Positions 39,340-52,480 of a stretch of DNA of 64,000 nucleotides are shown piece after piece. A program made the position numbers and the translations under genes. Every line of letters begins with the position of its first letter. Position 1 is the stretch's first letter. The notes beneath the pieces are model-generated. The model saw only the letters and a program-made list of their open reading frames with translations, had not been told where the DNA came from and searched no databases. Source of the DNA: Microbotryum violaceum (taxonomy: Eukaryota); NCBI GenBank assembly GCA_001244265.2, contig CDLV01000010.1, positions 1,116,001 to 1,180,000 of the forward strand. The letters run 5' to 3'.

Positions 39340-42200
39340 ATGATGACTCGGAAGGTCGAGTCTCCTCGCGTCAAGGATCCGCATTAGATCAGATCACCGT
39401 CAGTTCAGATCAGATCTGATCTGGATTTTTCTGATTCGGCCTTGATTGATCTGATCTTGATCTGATCTGAGACATGAAATTGCCTAATTCGGCACAGAAA
39501 GACTTCTAACATCTTGAAATCCTCATTTTCTTCCTCCACAACCTCATCCTCATCCTCATCATCCTCCAGAGTGATCACCTTGCTAAGCCGCCGCTTTTTG
39601 GAGGAGGCTGAGCTCCCCGCTTTTATAACTGGATTGGGTTGCATGATCCCTATGAGAGAGTGTTTGCAATGAGTCAGCACCTGACACTGCAACGAGCGCC
39701 CATCAGAGGAGGACCACACCCTGTAGTATTTCTGTGGCGCGGGGCCGACACCCCATGCCGCGGCGGCGATGGCAGATGGCAGATGGCGCACTCCATTCTC
39801 TCTCACTTGCAGTGATCAGCTGAGGTGCGCCGCAGTTGGCATTTCAAATCACAATGGCAGCATCCAGGTGCCGCCTACTTTTGGATTTTTTTCCTCGAGG
39901 CTTGATTGATCTGAACTTGATCTGAACCCCGTTGGCAGTTTTAGATCAGATCTGATCTAATGCGGACCCTTCAAGTTGCAGGCTCGCCTCGTGTTCTTCT
40001 CCAGGGCTAAGGTAAGCCCTTATCAGATTCCTCTGTCCTCTCTCTACACGAATCCATCGCTGACGGGGTCACCTTCTCATACGTGCCCACAGGCGTTTCC
40101 GCCGACGCTGTGGGCGCCAGCGTCCCCAGCTTACTCGCTTTCACCGTCGTCCTCGCCGCCCCTCTCGCAGTCGAGGCTTCGCAGCATGCGATTCGACACG
40201 TGACAGAATCGCCGATATGTTGGCAATGGCGTCGCTAGAAGAATGCGATTAAGATTTCATCGATCAACGGATCTTGCCTCGGGTCCTCGTGTGGAACCAG
40301 CCGCCTTGGTCTACCAAGTTTTCGGCATGGAGCCGGACCGTTTCGGCCGACAAATACAAAACGCACAGAACCACAGCAAAAAGGTGAAGATTATCCGCGC
40401 TTTGTACGAAACCGACTGTGGGCGCCAGAGTTGCTTGCAGACCGTAGATTGGGCGTCGCAGGGAGTGTCGTGTGGAGCTGGACAGAAGACATCGCGACAC
40501 ACCTGGCTGCTTTGCGCTCACCACTTCGCTCTCCCGGCCCAGGCGACGGGTAATCAAGCGTATAATCTGTTCATCGCGGAGGTGCAGCGGCCTCCCCGTA
40601 CGGCCAACTTAGGTGGACGTGGACGTGGGCTCACGGCATCCGAACACTCACTTACTCACACGCAAGAGTCGAAGTATTTCCTGTCGTGCCATCAATCCAA
40701 GCTGTCGACGTCGGACCCAGGCCTCGGGAGCGGTATGCTGGTCCCTATCGCATTCACTGGTCCCGATTTCGAGGAGCAATATGCGACTTCCCACTTCCTT
40801 GTCCACCCGCTCGTCGACGTCATGATGGACCTTGCACAGCATGCGCTCACGCAACCGACGCGGCTCTTCGCACCGGGTCTGGCCGTCGTGGACGGGGATG
40901 CTTACCTCGTCGTGCTCGATCGCGAACTGTGTCGAGTGGCTGAGATTGCGGACTGTTGGGGAGCAGGCTTCGGAGTGTTCGCTGCGGTGCTGTCGACCTT
41001 GTTCGGACTGGACATCTACTCGAGCGGGTTTTCTTCCTTGTTCCGATACGAGTGCTGCCGCGAGACCGGTCTCACACCCGTGTCGTTCTACACTCGATTT
41101 CTCTGCGAAGGCGAGGACGCGGGCGTGAGCGGGGTCAGGGTCGCACTACCGAGTTCGAGAAGGACAAGCCGATTAGACTGTTGGTGTTCCACGTTGCCCA
41201 AGGTGGCAAGTCGTCCATTTTTGGCCGCTGCACGTTGATCTTCCACCTGACTCGCCCGGGCTTGGTTCAGCAATCATCGTCGGGTCCGACGTCAACGCCC
41301 TCGTTCGTACTCCAGATCCAGCTCGTTCCCAGCGACTACAGAGGCAATGGGGCGCATGTGCTTGGATCGATTCGTTCGCACCACACAAGGGGGGACCTCG
41401 CCCCCGAAACGGTTGGTCACCTTGCGCTGCCCGAGCTGACGCAGTCGTTGGCTCTGCATTGCTCACAAACGCCCGACGATGAGCTTCCGCATCTGATGCA
41501 CCCGTAATACCCCGATGTGCGTCTGAAAGATCCTCTTCGACGCACGCTCGATCTGCTCCTCCTACGCAATCCAACCGCTGAACTGCCCAGACCCGTCTCC
41601 GAGCCCGTGTCCGGCTTGCGCCAGGTCTATCAGGCCTTTGATCAGCTTCTGGCTGGTTTGTCGGATTTCCGCGCGTCGGGCATCCACCATCGCGATCTCT
41701 CGCTGGGCAACATCCTGCATCACGACGGTCATCTCGTTCTGATCGACTGGGACGTCGGCGCGGTCGGTGCCAGCGTACTCGTAGCAGCTCTCGAAGGCGG
41801 ACTTTTGAGTATGAGCCTTGCGATCGCACCCTCGGTGCGATCATGTGGTACTGCAGCTGGGGCGGAAGCTGATCGACCGGGATTTATGGACTGCATCACG
41901 CACTTGAGTCGAGTATGTACTGGTTTGTCACCGTCTTGAGGTATCATGTCGCCACGAAGGAGTCGGTCGAGGTGTGGGACGACATGTGGTTCCCTCCACC
42001 GTAGCCGATCATGTTTTCCATGGAAATGCGTGTGCACATGTCGCTGTAGGACTCGCGACCTGATGTGACGGAGAGAAAAGCGCTGTTCGAGGTGTTGGGG
42101 CGGCACGACCCTCGATTGCGTGAACTTGTCGATGTCGCGACCGATGCTCCCCCCTTTGTCCGCTCTACAGGACCTGGTCCGGCGCTGGAGGTGACGATGA
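39340..42200 (+). pseudogene. Fungal-type protein kinase (FunK1/Pkinase_fungal-like) pseudogene
   Basis: SIFGRCT, GIHHRDLSLGNIL and LIDWD motifs. Frameshift near 41130, in-frame TAA at 41505, further stops downstream; TIR element in the putative first exon. Limits approximate. Confidence 0.7.
39374..39970. mobile_element. PIF/Harbinger-like non-autonomous element (597 bp)
   Basis: TIR aggatccgcattagatcagatc vs reverse complement of the right end agggtccgcattagatcagatc (21/22). 3-bp TSD TCA on both sides; several subterminal gatctgatc repeats. Confidence 0.85.
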
Positions 42201-43965
42201 ACGATACGGGAGCTTTTTTGCGCGACTTGGTATGACCTGAGTTGCAAAAGCGTGTTAGTTCGTTCGAGATGCGTGACCACGGATGCGTATTATCTTTCAA
42301 GGCCTGTCTTGATTTGCTATCAAGCAGTACCAGTGCAGTGAAATCTAGCTCCGATTTTGTCGACTCGAAGCGCCAGTGGCGAATCTTCTCGGGATTGTAG
42401 AGGGCATCTCCTGGCGAGCCTTTCTCCACTCACTAGGTCTGGACGTGGGCGTCGTCTCTCGCTTCTCCTCCGTAATACTCCCATAGAGCTTCCAAAACAG
42501 ATCGCGAGGGCCGCCGAAAGTCTGTTCGCACTCGATACAAGGTCATGGCGAACAGACCCAAGGGAACTTAACATGGCATAGCGCTCGTTGTCGTTGACGG
42601 GGTTGCACAGACCCTGAAAGGGGCCGAAAGCGCACCATAGAAGTTACAATTAAGTAGATATAATGGGGTGTGGCGCAATGCTACTGAAAGGATGCATGGT
42701 ACTGTTCTAGTCTGGATCCCGTCGCATCCGTCATTTCAATTTTCCAGGCTGACAGCAGTCGTGGTGGCAGCAAGTTCTCGGCTTGGGCGCCTCGACGACG
42801 AGTCCCTTCCAGCGGCCGACCAGAGGAAGGAGACTAAGGACGGCCCACGAGAGCAAGGTGGCTAAAGCGGCTCACGAGAGGAAGGAGGCTAGAGACGGCT
42901 CACGAAGGGGAGGCGATTTTTCACGGTCCTTCACTCTTGCTCCGCAAAGACTCGGAAAACGACGAGCCATGGTGGGATCAGTAGGGTAGGGTTTGGACGG
43001 AATACCGGGCCGGACGACTGGGCGGGACAGCGGAAAAGCAGGAAGAACGAAAGAAGCGGCTAAATGTGCGGATGAGGCCGTGAAGGGGAATGAAGGGAGC
43101 GCAGCGGTTTGAACGACCGGGACATTTCGGGCGAGTTTGCTTTTCGTTCTCGGGTAGACGGCTTCTAGGATGCAATACAGCATCTAATCTGGCTCTCACT
43201 TCTGCGTGTCTCAAGTCTCGTTCGGCATCGTTCTCCAGTCTCCGACTGAGCGTCCCGGACTCGTTTCTCGGCTCTCGTACCCCTGGCTCTCGCTTCTACC
43301 CCGGCCCTCTCAGCTCTCGTCTCTCTCGCCTTCGGCTCTCCTAGGAGTTCTCGGTCATGTTTTTCCCTTATCTTATCATATCAGCTTTGATCGACCGCAT
43401 TGCCATACCATAGCAGAGATCATCATTTGCGACGAGATTCGGGCGACGCGGATCACCTGCGGTGTCTGGAGCGTGAAAAGGCCTGAAGAGGCCGGATCTG
43501 GTGTCCTCGCTTTCCCGAGTTTGACCTACTCCAATCCTTTTCCAAGTCCGGAGGTAGCTTGGGCGCGGAATCTTCCTCCTCGCCTTTGTCATCGACTTCC
43601 TCATCTCGCTCATCCTTGATATGATCTTGCCCTCGGAGCAGCACCCGCAGAGCCCAGTGGAAACTTTCTGGACGCGCCGCTAACTCACCGGACCAGCCGG
43701 TAATGACGAGTGCAGAGGACTTGCAAGTTGTGAGAGCACGAGAAAGCGTGTCTAGGCTAGATTTTGTCTTCTTAGATGTCCGCTCTTTGATCCGCGCTCC
43801 ATGTCGATGAAAGGATACGATGAAACGGCGGGAACAAGCCGGAACGGGTGAGCGCAGGTGAGCGTCCGCCGCGGCGAGGATTGACGTCAGGGCCCGGCGC
43901 GCGCAGCTTCCCTTCCGATCCCCACCTCCACAAAAGCTCCTATCACCTCACCCCACCTCTAGGCC

Positions 43966-45748
43966 ATGCCGTCCTTCAAGCAATCCGAACACAAGCTCTT
44001 GTTGATCCCCGGCCCCGTCGAGTGCCACGATGATGGTCAGTCCTACCTACTTGCCTCGCTGGTGTCCACCGCATCTCTACTCGGCTCGCCCCGGTTAATC
44101 GACCCGGACCCGGCGAGCTGAGAAAGGGGCGGTCCCTTCCCACCTGCCTGAGAGATGTTCGCGCTCGTCCAGCTGTACGATACTGACCACACACTTGCAC
44201 CCACAGTGCTCTTGGCGAATGCGCACCCTTCCATGTCGCACGTCTCGCCCGCGTTCGCGCCCTCGTTCGCCTACTGCATCAAGGCGCTTCGAAAGGTGCT
44301 GTACGCCCCGACGGCCCAGCCCTTCATCATTGCCGGCTCGGGAACCCTCGGATGGTAAGATGCGCATCTGAGACCGCTTGAACCGCGGACCGTCCTGTCT
44401 CGCCTTACACGATCGCCGGAGGAACTGACCCTCCACTTGGTCCCGTTCGCTGACTCCGCTACCCACGCACCTTGCCGTCCTCCGTTCTCGCGGTGGTGGG
44501 GCAACAGGGATCTCGTCGCGGCGAACTTGATCGAGGCCGGCCAGAACGCCCTCGTGCTCAACTCGGGCTACTTTGGCGACTCGTACGTTCAAGAGGATCC
44601 CCCCTTCCTGGAGTAATGACTCACTCTTCCCTCGTTCATGCGCAGATTTGCCGAGTGTCTCGAGACCTATGGCGCCAAGGTAACCCAGGTCAAGGCGCCC
44701 GTCGGAGGTCGCCCGTCGCTCGAGGATGTCGAGGCTGCGCTCAAGAAGGACAAGTACGCTGTCATGACCTTCACCCACGTACGCTCGACGAAAGCAGCTA
44801 GCGAGATCCGATGTGGGGCCGCTCCGTATCTCCGACTGAAACCCTCTTCTCCGCGCTTCATCTTACACAGGTCGATACTTGTGCGGCAAGACCTATCGGT
44901 GTGTTCCCAAGAACCAGTACTGACGCGAGATCTGTTATTTGCTTTGCACAGCGACGGGTGTGCTCTCCGATGCCAAGGCGCTCGGTGAACTCGTCAAGCG
45001 AGTCTCGCCCGAGACGCTCGTCATCCTCGACGGTGTCTGCGCCGTCGCCTCCGAAGAGATTCACCAAGACGACTGGAATATCGACGTCGTCGTCGGCGCA
45101 TCCCAAAAAGGTCTCTCGACTCCCCCAGGTGTCTCGATCACGACCGTGTCAACCAAGGCGTTGAAAGTGCTCGAGAACCGCAAGACGCCCGTCGCGTCCT
45201 ACTTTGCCAATTACAAGCGTTGGTTGCCCATCATGCAATCGTACGAGAACCTCACCCCGGCTTACTTCGCGACGCCTCCCGTCAACCTCATCTATGCGCT
45301 CGAGGCGTCGTTGAAGCAAATTACGGAAGGGTCGCCTTCCCTCGAAGAGAGGTTCCAGATCCATCGCGAGGCGTCCAAGAAGTTCAAGAAAGCCGCGGAG
45401 GAGCTGGGCTTCAAGCAGGTTGCGACCGAACCGGAGGCAGCGGCGAATGGGATGACCGCCGTCTATGTACCTGAAGGGATTGCTCCCCCGGCTCTGGTTG
45501 GGGCGCTCGGTAGCCGGGGTATCGTCATTGCGGGTGGTTTGCACAAGGATATTAAGACCAAAGTGAGCAGGACATCTAACGCAGGAAAGCTGAGGCGTAA
45601 AGGCTCATTGTGATGTCGATCATCTGGTGCACAGTACGTTCGCTTCGGCCACATGGGTGTCAGCGTCCACCCGTCTCGCAACGACGTCGACGTCATGATT
45701 AAGGGCCTGCAAGATGCCGTCGCCGAGATCAAGCACCAGAGCGCATGA
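43966..45748 (+). CDS. AGX1: Alanine-glyoxylate aminotransferase (class V PLP)
   Basis: LLLIPGPVE, AGSGTLGW, THVDTSTGV, LDGVCAV, ASQKGLSTPPG, YFATPPVN, AGGLH, RFGHMG. Confidence 0.93.
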
Positions 45749-45970
45749 AGGTTCAAGCTGTGATGCTGAAGAGACGAAGAAAAACAATAAGACGGAACCA
45801 AATCCAGCTATCCTTTTTTCAGTCACCCGTCTCTCTGTCCTAAGTGGATACGCGCTCACGTTCTGCTAGATTGAAGTTGTTTGCCCTCTTCTGCGCCTTC
45901 TTTTCGTCATTTGGTTTCGCAGCTTGGAATACATGAAGGGGCATGTCAGTCTCCTCCATCGACATGAATT

Positions 45971-48900
45971 TCATCGGATCCTCATCCACGAACACCCGCA
46001 GTACAAACAAGCCTTACACTCCCTCAGCATAGTCTCAACTATTCCTCTCCCTTCCCCTTCAGCCGCCCCTTCCTGCCCCTCCGTCTCCGCCGGGAGCACC
46101 GCCTTCTTCTCCTTCTTCGACCCCAACCCCATCAAAGCCTTCCTCTCACACCCCACACAGGTCCTCACCACCACCGTATCCACCACCTTCAACGTAATCG
46201 AACACCTCTCCCAAACATGACCCCTTTCACACCTCGCTGCACGAACGCCTTCCAAGGCGATGGGGGAGGAACAGGCGGGACAATGTTCGGAACCGCCGAA
46301 TGTGTGTTGTAGGGTGTCCGGGTCGGGTAGGGAGGAGGAGACGTCGGATGGGTCTTCGAACTTGAGTGGGGCGTTGGTGAAGGAGGCCGAGGTGAGGAGG
46401 ATGCGACCGGAGATGGGAAGTTCGGTAGCTGTGAGACGAGAAGAACTTCGATCAGACCTCGTTGACCGAAACCTGGCCGTGAGCGAGGTGCACGAACGAG
46501 AAAACTTACGCATCAGATGTTCCTGAGCACTGCTCATCAGCTCTCCCAACCTCGTCACAACCTGATGCACAATTCTCCTCGCCAATGCACGATGAACCTC
46601 TCCTGTCCTCCTCTTCAACCCCTTCGGCAGAGCCGTATGTCGGGCCAAGAATCGAGTGACGAGTTCTCGGTACCGCAGAGCGTTGAGCGCGGCGTCGAGG
46701 TAGAGGTGATCGTAGATGGCTTGGGCTGTGGTTGGACGGTCTATAAGGGAATTGATGATGGGGGTTTCGAGAGGTATCGATTCGGCTTCAAGTAGGGTGA
46801 GGATGGAGGACGTCCAAGCAAAGTTGGAAATGGTTTCATCGGCGTAGCGTAGGAAGGCGCGCAGGACAGCGAGTGGTGAGGATTCGAGAGCTGTACCATG
46901 ACACAACGTCAGCCTCCAATGGCCAAGCACTCCACAACGACCTCGGACTCACGATTCCTCGGCTCGCCTAAAAGTTTCTGCAACCTCTCCCTCTGCTTCT
47001 CCCCTTTCACATCCCCCAAAATTGGCAACACTACAAACTGCGTTCTCGTATGCCCAATGGCCTTATAATTCATCACATCGGGCACGACGTTCTCATACAA
47101 CCAACCCAATTCACCATCCTCCCCGAAACCGGTCAGGCCGTAGATCCGAGCACCCTTCTTCCATGTGCCTCCGGCGGCTTGAAGTTCTTGTCTTCTGGCA
47201 CGGGTGGCGTAGGTTTGGCTAAAGGTGCGGAGGAAGACTTGGCGTGCTATTCGGGTCACTTGGGCACTCGTCGTCGTGACTGGGTATCCATCCTCGACGG
47301 ATTCGGAAGAGTCGATAAAGTGCCATTGAGCCTCCGTTTTGGCGAGGATATAGAAAGCCGATGATTCGAGGGAGAGGATGAGGATTTTGGACGAGGCGTA
47401 CCATTCGATCCCGCTGCATGGAGCGAAGGGCGTCGTACCCATCCAGTCCCCTTGTGTGGTCAATTCGAGCTCGTAAGAGCTTTCAGGTTGGTAGGTCGAC
47501 GTAGGGTCCTCAGAGGTGTTAGGCTCCAAGTCGATGAAGGTGACTGTACCGAGCTTGGTGAATGCGAGAGTAGGCTGGGAGGGTGTTTAAACAAATAAGC
47601 CCGCGTAAAGCCAAACCCAAGCTAGAGACGTGAGGATCAGACTCGCTAATGTCTCCTCATTCGGTATCCACTTGAACTGACTAACGGGTCGCTGATCGGT
47701 CTCACAAACGACAATAGGTTTCGTCGCCCAAACATCCTCCGTCTTTTCAGACGGTGCAGCCTCTTGATCCGATAACAACGGCCGACCCGCGCTGACAAAC
47801 TGCGAGACTTCGACGACCCATGTCTGACCTTTCGAGTCGGTGGCGGCTAGTAGGCCTGTTGTAGTTGTGCCGTCGTGGGACGGTATCCAGTTGGACCACG
47901 AGAGGAGGGTAATCCAGCTCGCTTGGGGGTCGAGCCGGTACCGATGCAGTATCGATAGGTCGCCGTTGTGAGCTCGTCTGAGAGGAAGTAGTGGTCAATG
48001 GTACTGAGGGCTATTGGATGCGCAGGTTCACGCTACTCACCTCCACAGCGAAACATGCCCACTCCTGTGACCGATGGCGAGAATCGAAAAGTCTCCATAA
48101 GCACCGGTTACCGCAGACGACCAAGCGACGGCTGTGTGTGGCATTCTGGTGGTTCAGTCTTATATTCCCTACAGTGACGAGGAGTACTGAGTGTCGGGGT
48201 GCACGGACCTGTGCTTTGACATTCCCAAATTTTGGTGGCGAGCCGGCGTCGATCCTCCTGCGTCTCGATCGGTTTATCACTCGCGGGCGTCGTCGGATCT
48301 ATGAGGCTCGGCTCTCGAGGAAACGATCAGCGTTCGGAATCATCCGACGTTTCTTCTGCATAAACCCTCACCTTCATCGCGCAAAAGTAACCTGATCAAG
48401 TGCGACGAAATGTCAAAGGCCTGTCGCAAAATTCAGGCCCGGGATCAGGGTTTCGTCCAAATCTGACGTTGTGCGCGGCGATGCGACTGACAGTGACCCA
48501 TTGTGACTTGTGTGCGTTCTTTTGAGGTTCATATACGATGGCTTCGTTGTTGTTGGACAAAGCCACGAGGGCACACCTGGATCGAGAGCGGATGGGGTTC
48601 CGAAAGATGAGCGACCGAAGACTTGTCGGAAGACCTCCGAGCGTATTTGCATGATCGCACTGACCCTCCTAGGGGGCCCAAACCCAATGGTGACCAAGCT
48701 GCATCCCTCCAGAAGTGTTCCAGTGAACCCGACGCGGCCGTCCCGACGTGGATCTCTGTCGACACAGGGGGTCGGAATTATCATCAGCCTCGAAAGGGAC
48801 TCGCTCGCTCGCTCGCTGGAAGCCGACATTAGACCACTGACCATTCGCCCATCCACCCCAGTTGATAAGATCCTTTTTTTCTATGGGGATAGTCGTCCGA

Positions 48901-49342
48901 AAGGCAGGTAAAGGCGTGGGATCGTCTGCATTGGCCCTCTCCTTGCCCTTTGAGGTGTTCGCATTGGCGGTGAGGTTGGCGAGTGCGCCGGACTGTACGA
49001 TCGGTTGCTCGGTCTGGTAGCCTGTTGCTGGGGTCTGCGAGGATACAATGAACGAGTGAGTTGGCCGCTTCGAGCAAGGTTGAGCTTGTGGAGCGCACTG
49101 CTGCACCGTACCAGAATGTTGATTTGCTCTCGCGTCAGGAGCAGGATCTGGCCGGCATGGTTGAGCGACAATGGACTTGGGGATGAGACCAAGGGCGTGA
49201 AGTTGTAGGTGCTGATGTTGTATCGGGGTAGTTCAAAGTTTGACGTCGAAGGGAGGGAGGGTAGTTCGGGTTCGTCAAAGTTGTTGGGGTCGGGAGCAGG
49301 GTCATCGCGCATGGACGCGTCTTGCATGGACGCGGCCATCAT
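45971..49342 (-). CDS. RNA Pol III factor TFIIIC subunit, Sfc9/Tfc8 (tau60)-like
   Basis: WD-like N-terminal exons (AAWSPLG, CALVALSNN, AVAWS, LAIGHRSGHVSLW) and C-terminal Zn finger CPAC..ARCERGHVWERCSIT..RTCVGC..CLYCG. Confidence 0.8.
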
Positions 49343-49795
49343 AGTTGGAGAGGATCAGAGTTGCGGTGACAGATTTTGGTGGATCGTGCTTACCATGCTA
49401 GACGAGTGGTGTGCATTGGACGCGTCCAAGCCCCGTAAGCTGCACACACGCCCAGTCAGCCGGCGCGACTCAGTCTGGTCACGTGACCAACCTCTTCTTT
49501 CCGCGCTCAACCCCGGCCTGCTGCCTCCATCGCTCGTAAGTCTATGTCCCCGAAGATTTCCTTTATGAATAACCTTCTGCAAATCGATGCCTGCTGGAAA
49601 CCATATGGAATTTAAAAACCTTACAACATCAGCTCACTAGAGGCTGTTATGGATGAAGTAGATCTTATTCATGCGCTCGAAACCGACTTCTTCGGGAGGC
49701 GAAGCCAAAATAATGGATACCGCAAGATACCGCACGAACCTGGACCCAGCTGGATTTCGTATGAGCGGGCCTTGGGCTCTCTTTTCGCCTGGCAC

Positions 49796-49850
49796 GTGAC
49801 GGGTGACGGGTGACGCGGTGACGGGTGACGCGGTGACGCTCGGTGACGCG
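49796..49850. repeat. Imperfect tandem array of seven GTGACG units
   Basis: gtgacgggtgacgggtgacgcggtgacgggtgacgcggtgacgctcggtgacgcg, in a divergent intergenic region. Confidence 0.85.
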
Positions 49851-50013
49851 TTTCGAGAGCCAGAGAGGAGAAAGCGCGCGCGCGCGATCGGCGTTCGCCC
49901 TCACCTCACCACGATTATTCAACATCATGTTGGTCTTTTTTGCATTTACTCACTCAGCAGACTACCCAAACTCGGTCCCTAACACGAGACTTCTCATTCC
50001 TCGAAACAGCTAC

Positions 50014-52480
50014 ATGTCAACGACGCTCAAGATTGAGGACTACCTCGCTCGCGGTGGTTAGTCGACCGGGGAAGTTGCAGGATGAATTGATGAACTCTAG
50101 CCTGATACGCCAATAAGGGGCGCCACTTGTATTTGCATACAGAGGCGAAACCGGTGTTATCAAAGCAAAGACGCATCGACGGGTACGAGTGCTGTATCTG
50201 CCCCGAGTACAGCGGCAAAGGCAAACGATTTGCGCTGGCACACGCCCTTAGCTTCGACACTTTCGGACGAATGACCATCGGAGGATTGCGGCTCGGAGGA
50301 AAGCTCCTCTGCGACCAAGCGCATTGCTCAATGAGCCATCGAACGACGTCGCTATAGATTGCGAATTTGCTCGTTCGCAGGGTCTTGATGATGCCACAAT
50401 TGGTGACCCGTTCTCCGACTCGGAGGAGGGGGGTGAACGCCAAAGGGACCAGGTGGGCAAGCATGCCACGTATTCGCTCTCGCCTATAAAACTCACATCA
50501 TAGCAGTCGCCGATGCTGACTCTCGCTGGGGCCGACGTTTCCGTCCACGTCAACAGCCACTTCCCGACCGAATGGCGCGAGCGTCAAGCAAGAGCCGATC
50601 TTTCCCTCCTCAAAGTAGCTCAGGGCGCAAGAAGCGTAAAGTGTTGGCGTCATTGGTGAGTAGTTTCACAACCACTTCTCCTGCTCCGACATGATATAAA
50701 TCCGCACTGCAGGCGAGACTCGTCGGCCAGCCGCGCTCCTTGGTGTGGATTTATATACTTTGAGTTCAGGGAGCTAATGAAGCTTCCTGTTGTCCACGAC
50801 AGATCAACTCCCCGGCTGAAGCAGCCCACAATGAATTATTCGAACCCTTGACAGACGGACACGACGAAATGCCTGCCGAAGAACACAGCGACTTCACCGA
50901 GGATCTCACCGAGGATCGCCACTTCCGTCTCCAAGACGATGACGAGAACTGCAACGGTTCTGACCATGACTCAAAAGTCTCCGCCGGCGATAACAATACC
51001 CAACCTTGTCGCCAAAGCAGCCAGATGGAATTGGAACTTGATGAAGCTGCCCTTCAGGACTACAGCGACTACGCACACAGTGGAGCGGATGACGAGGAAG
51101 CGCGAGCGTACAATTTGATCGACCGTGGCCTGGCCACAGATCCCGATATGAAGCACCTCGAAGTCAGTCCCCATCCTAAGGCGACCCAAATTGATATTTT
51201 GTTGATGATTTTTGGTTGCTCCAGACGTTGAGGAAGTCGTCAAGCTCCTCTTGCGCCCCCTTTGGCGTGGACTTCAGATCGTGCTTGCGCACTCGATCGG
51301 AGACTCTTCTCGTGGCGCCCAACTAGATCCCTCTTCCGAGCGAAAACTTGACAAGAAAACATTCAAGGTAAGTGGGTTTACGCAGTGGTTTTGGTCAGAT
51401 CTCACACGTGCTGAAAGCCAGCCATCATGAACCCCAGCACTTCTTCCGTCCGTACGCGAAAGCTGTGGTTGCGCTGCCGAGGCTATGCAAATTTTACAAG
51501 GCGGCGCAGGGCGCAGTCGAGAAGCTTGTCCGCGAGGAGGGGCTGCTCAACGCCCAACTGGCAAGAGCCTCGAAGTTGTATCGTCGAACGGCAACAGACG
51601 CGCTCACACATGCCAAGGCTGACGCAAGGAAAGACTCATGTCCAGGTGATTCTCCGAACAGGTAGAAGCTTCATGAACAATGTTACTGATGTATAGCACT
51701 TGCTCCCACACAGTTGAAGAAGATCAGCGACCATATTGGCCAACACCGTGATCCCATCTATCTAATGGTCAATTATGTGGACAACTCGCTCGTCTTTTCC
51801 GACGAGCACATCGTATACTGGTGCCTGGGAGTAAGTGCTAGGCTGCTGCCAATTTCTGCCACGTGCCAAGCTTATTTCCTGAATACCTCGATTTTGTTCC
51901 AGGTTCACTTTTTTTAGGATCTTCAAGGCTGAGGATCACGACAGCAAGGACAGGTTCTTCAAAGCCTACGAAGATGTTCTCGGCAACGTTGCCGACCAGA
52001 TTATGAAAGGACGGCGCGAAGCCGGAAGCCATGCGTTTGACTGGCGAAGGTAAGTGCTTAAGTGGAATTGCTTTTATAAGTCCCTGACTCCGAGTGCGCG
52101 CAATCGTACACAGATACCTCTGGAACACCTTTGTGGAGCCCCTCCGCAAAGAAGCCTTGAGTCTGTCTCCGGCTCTCATTAGGACCGTGACTTGGGAGTC
52201 AGCCACGTGTCAGTCTGAACCCGAAGGACAGGCACACGGACGCCAACTGCTGAGAAATCTTGCGGGCACTGATGCCGATCTCCATCACGTCGTTCAGGTC
52301 AGTTAACCCATATCCGAGAAGGCTAAAGAGTCGCACTCACCTGTGATACATTCATTGACTTTGCCACCTCAGAGTCAGGAGCACTCTAAGCAATCGAGCC
52401 GCCCCGTGCCGGTGCCGCCATCAGCGCCCGGACCCACATCCGCCAGCGGTAGTGCTAATCACCACGGGCTCGTATCTTAA
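50014..52480 (+). pseudogene. Multi-exon orphan gene, apparently frameshifted
   Basis: About 10 GT-AG intron-like segments separate protein-like exons (MSTTLKIEDYLARG, acidic region, IFKAEDHDSKDRFFKAYEDV, RYLWNTFVEPLRKE). Exon phases do not join near 51610 and at the T7 run at 51909-51915. No family recognised. Confidence 0.5.

Noticed and set aside
42560..43650. Short ORFs as a gene or gag fragment
   Set aside because: No recognisable motifs and many stops; cannot be assigned.
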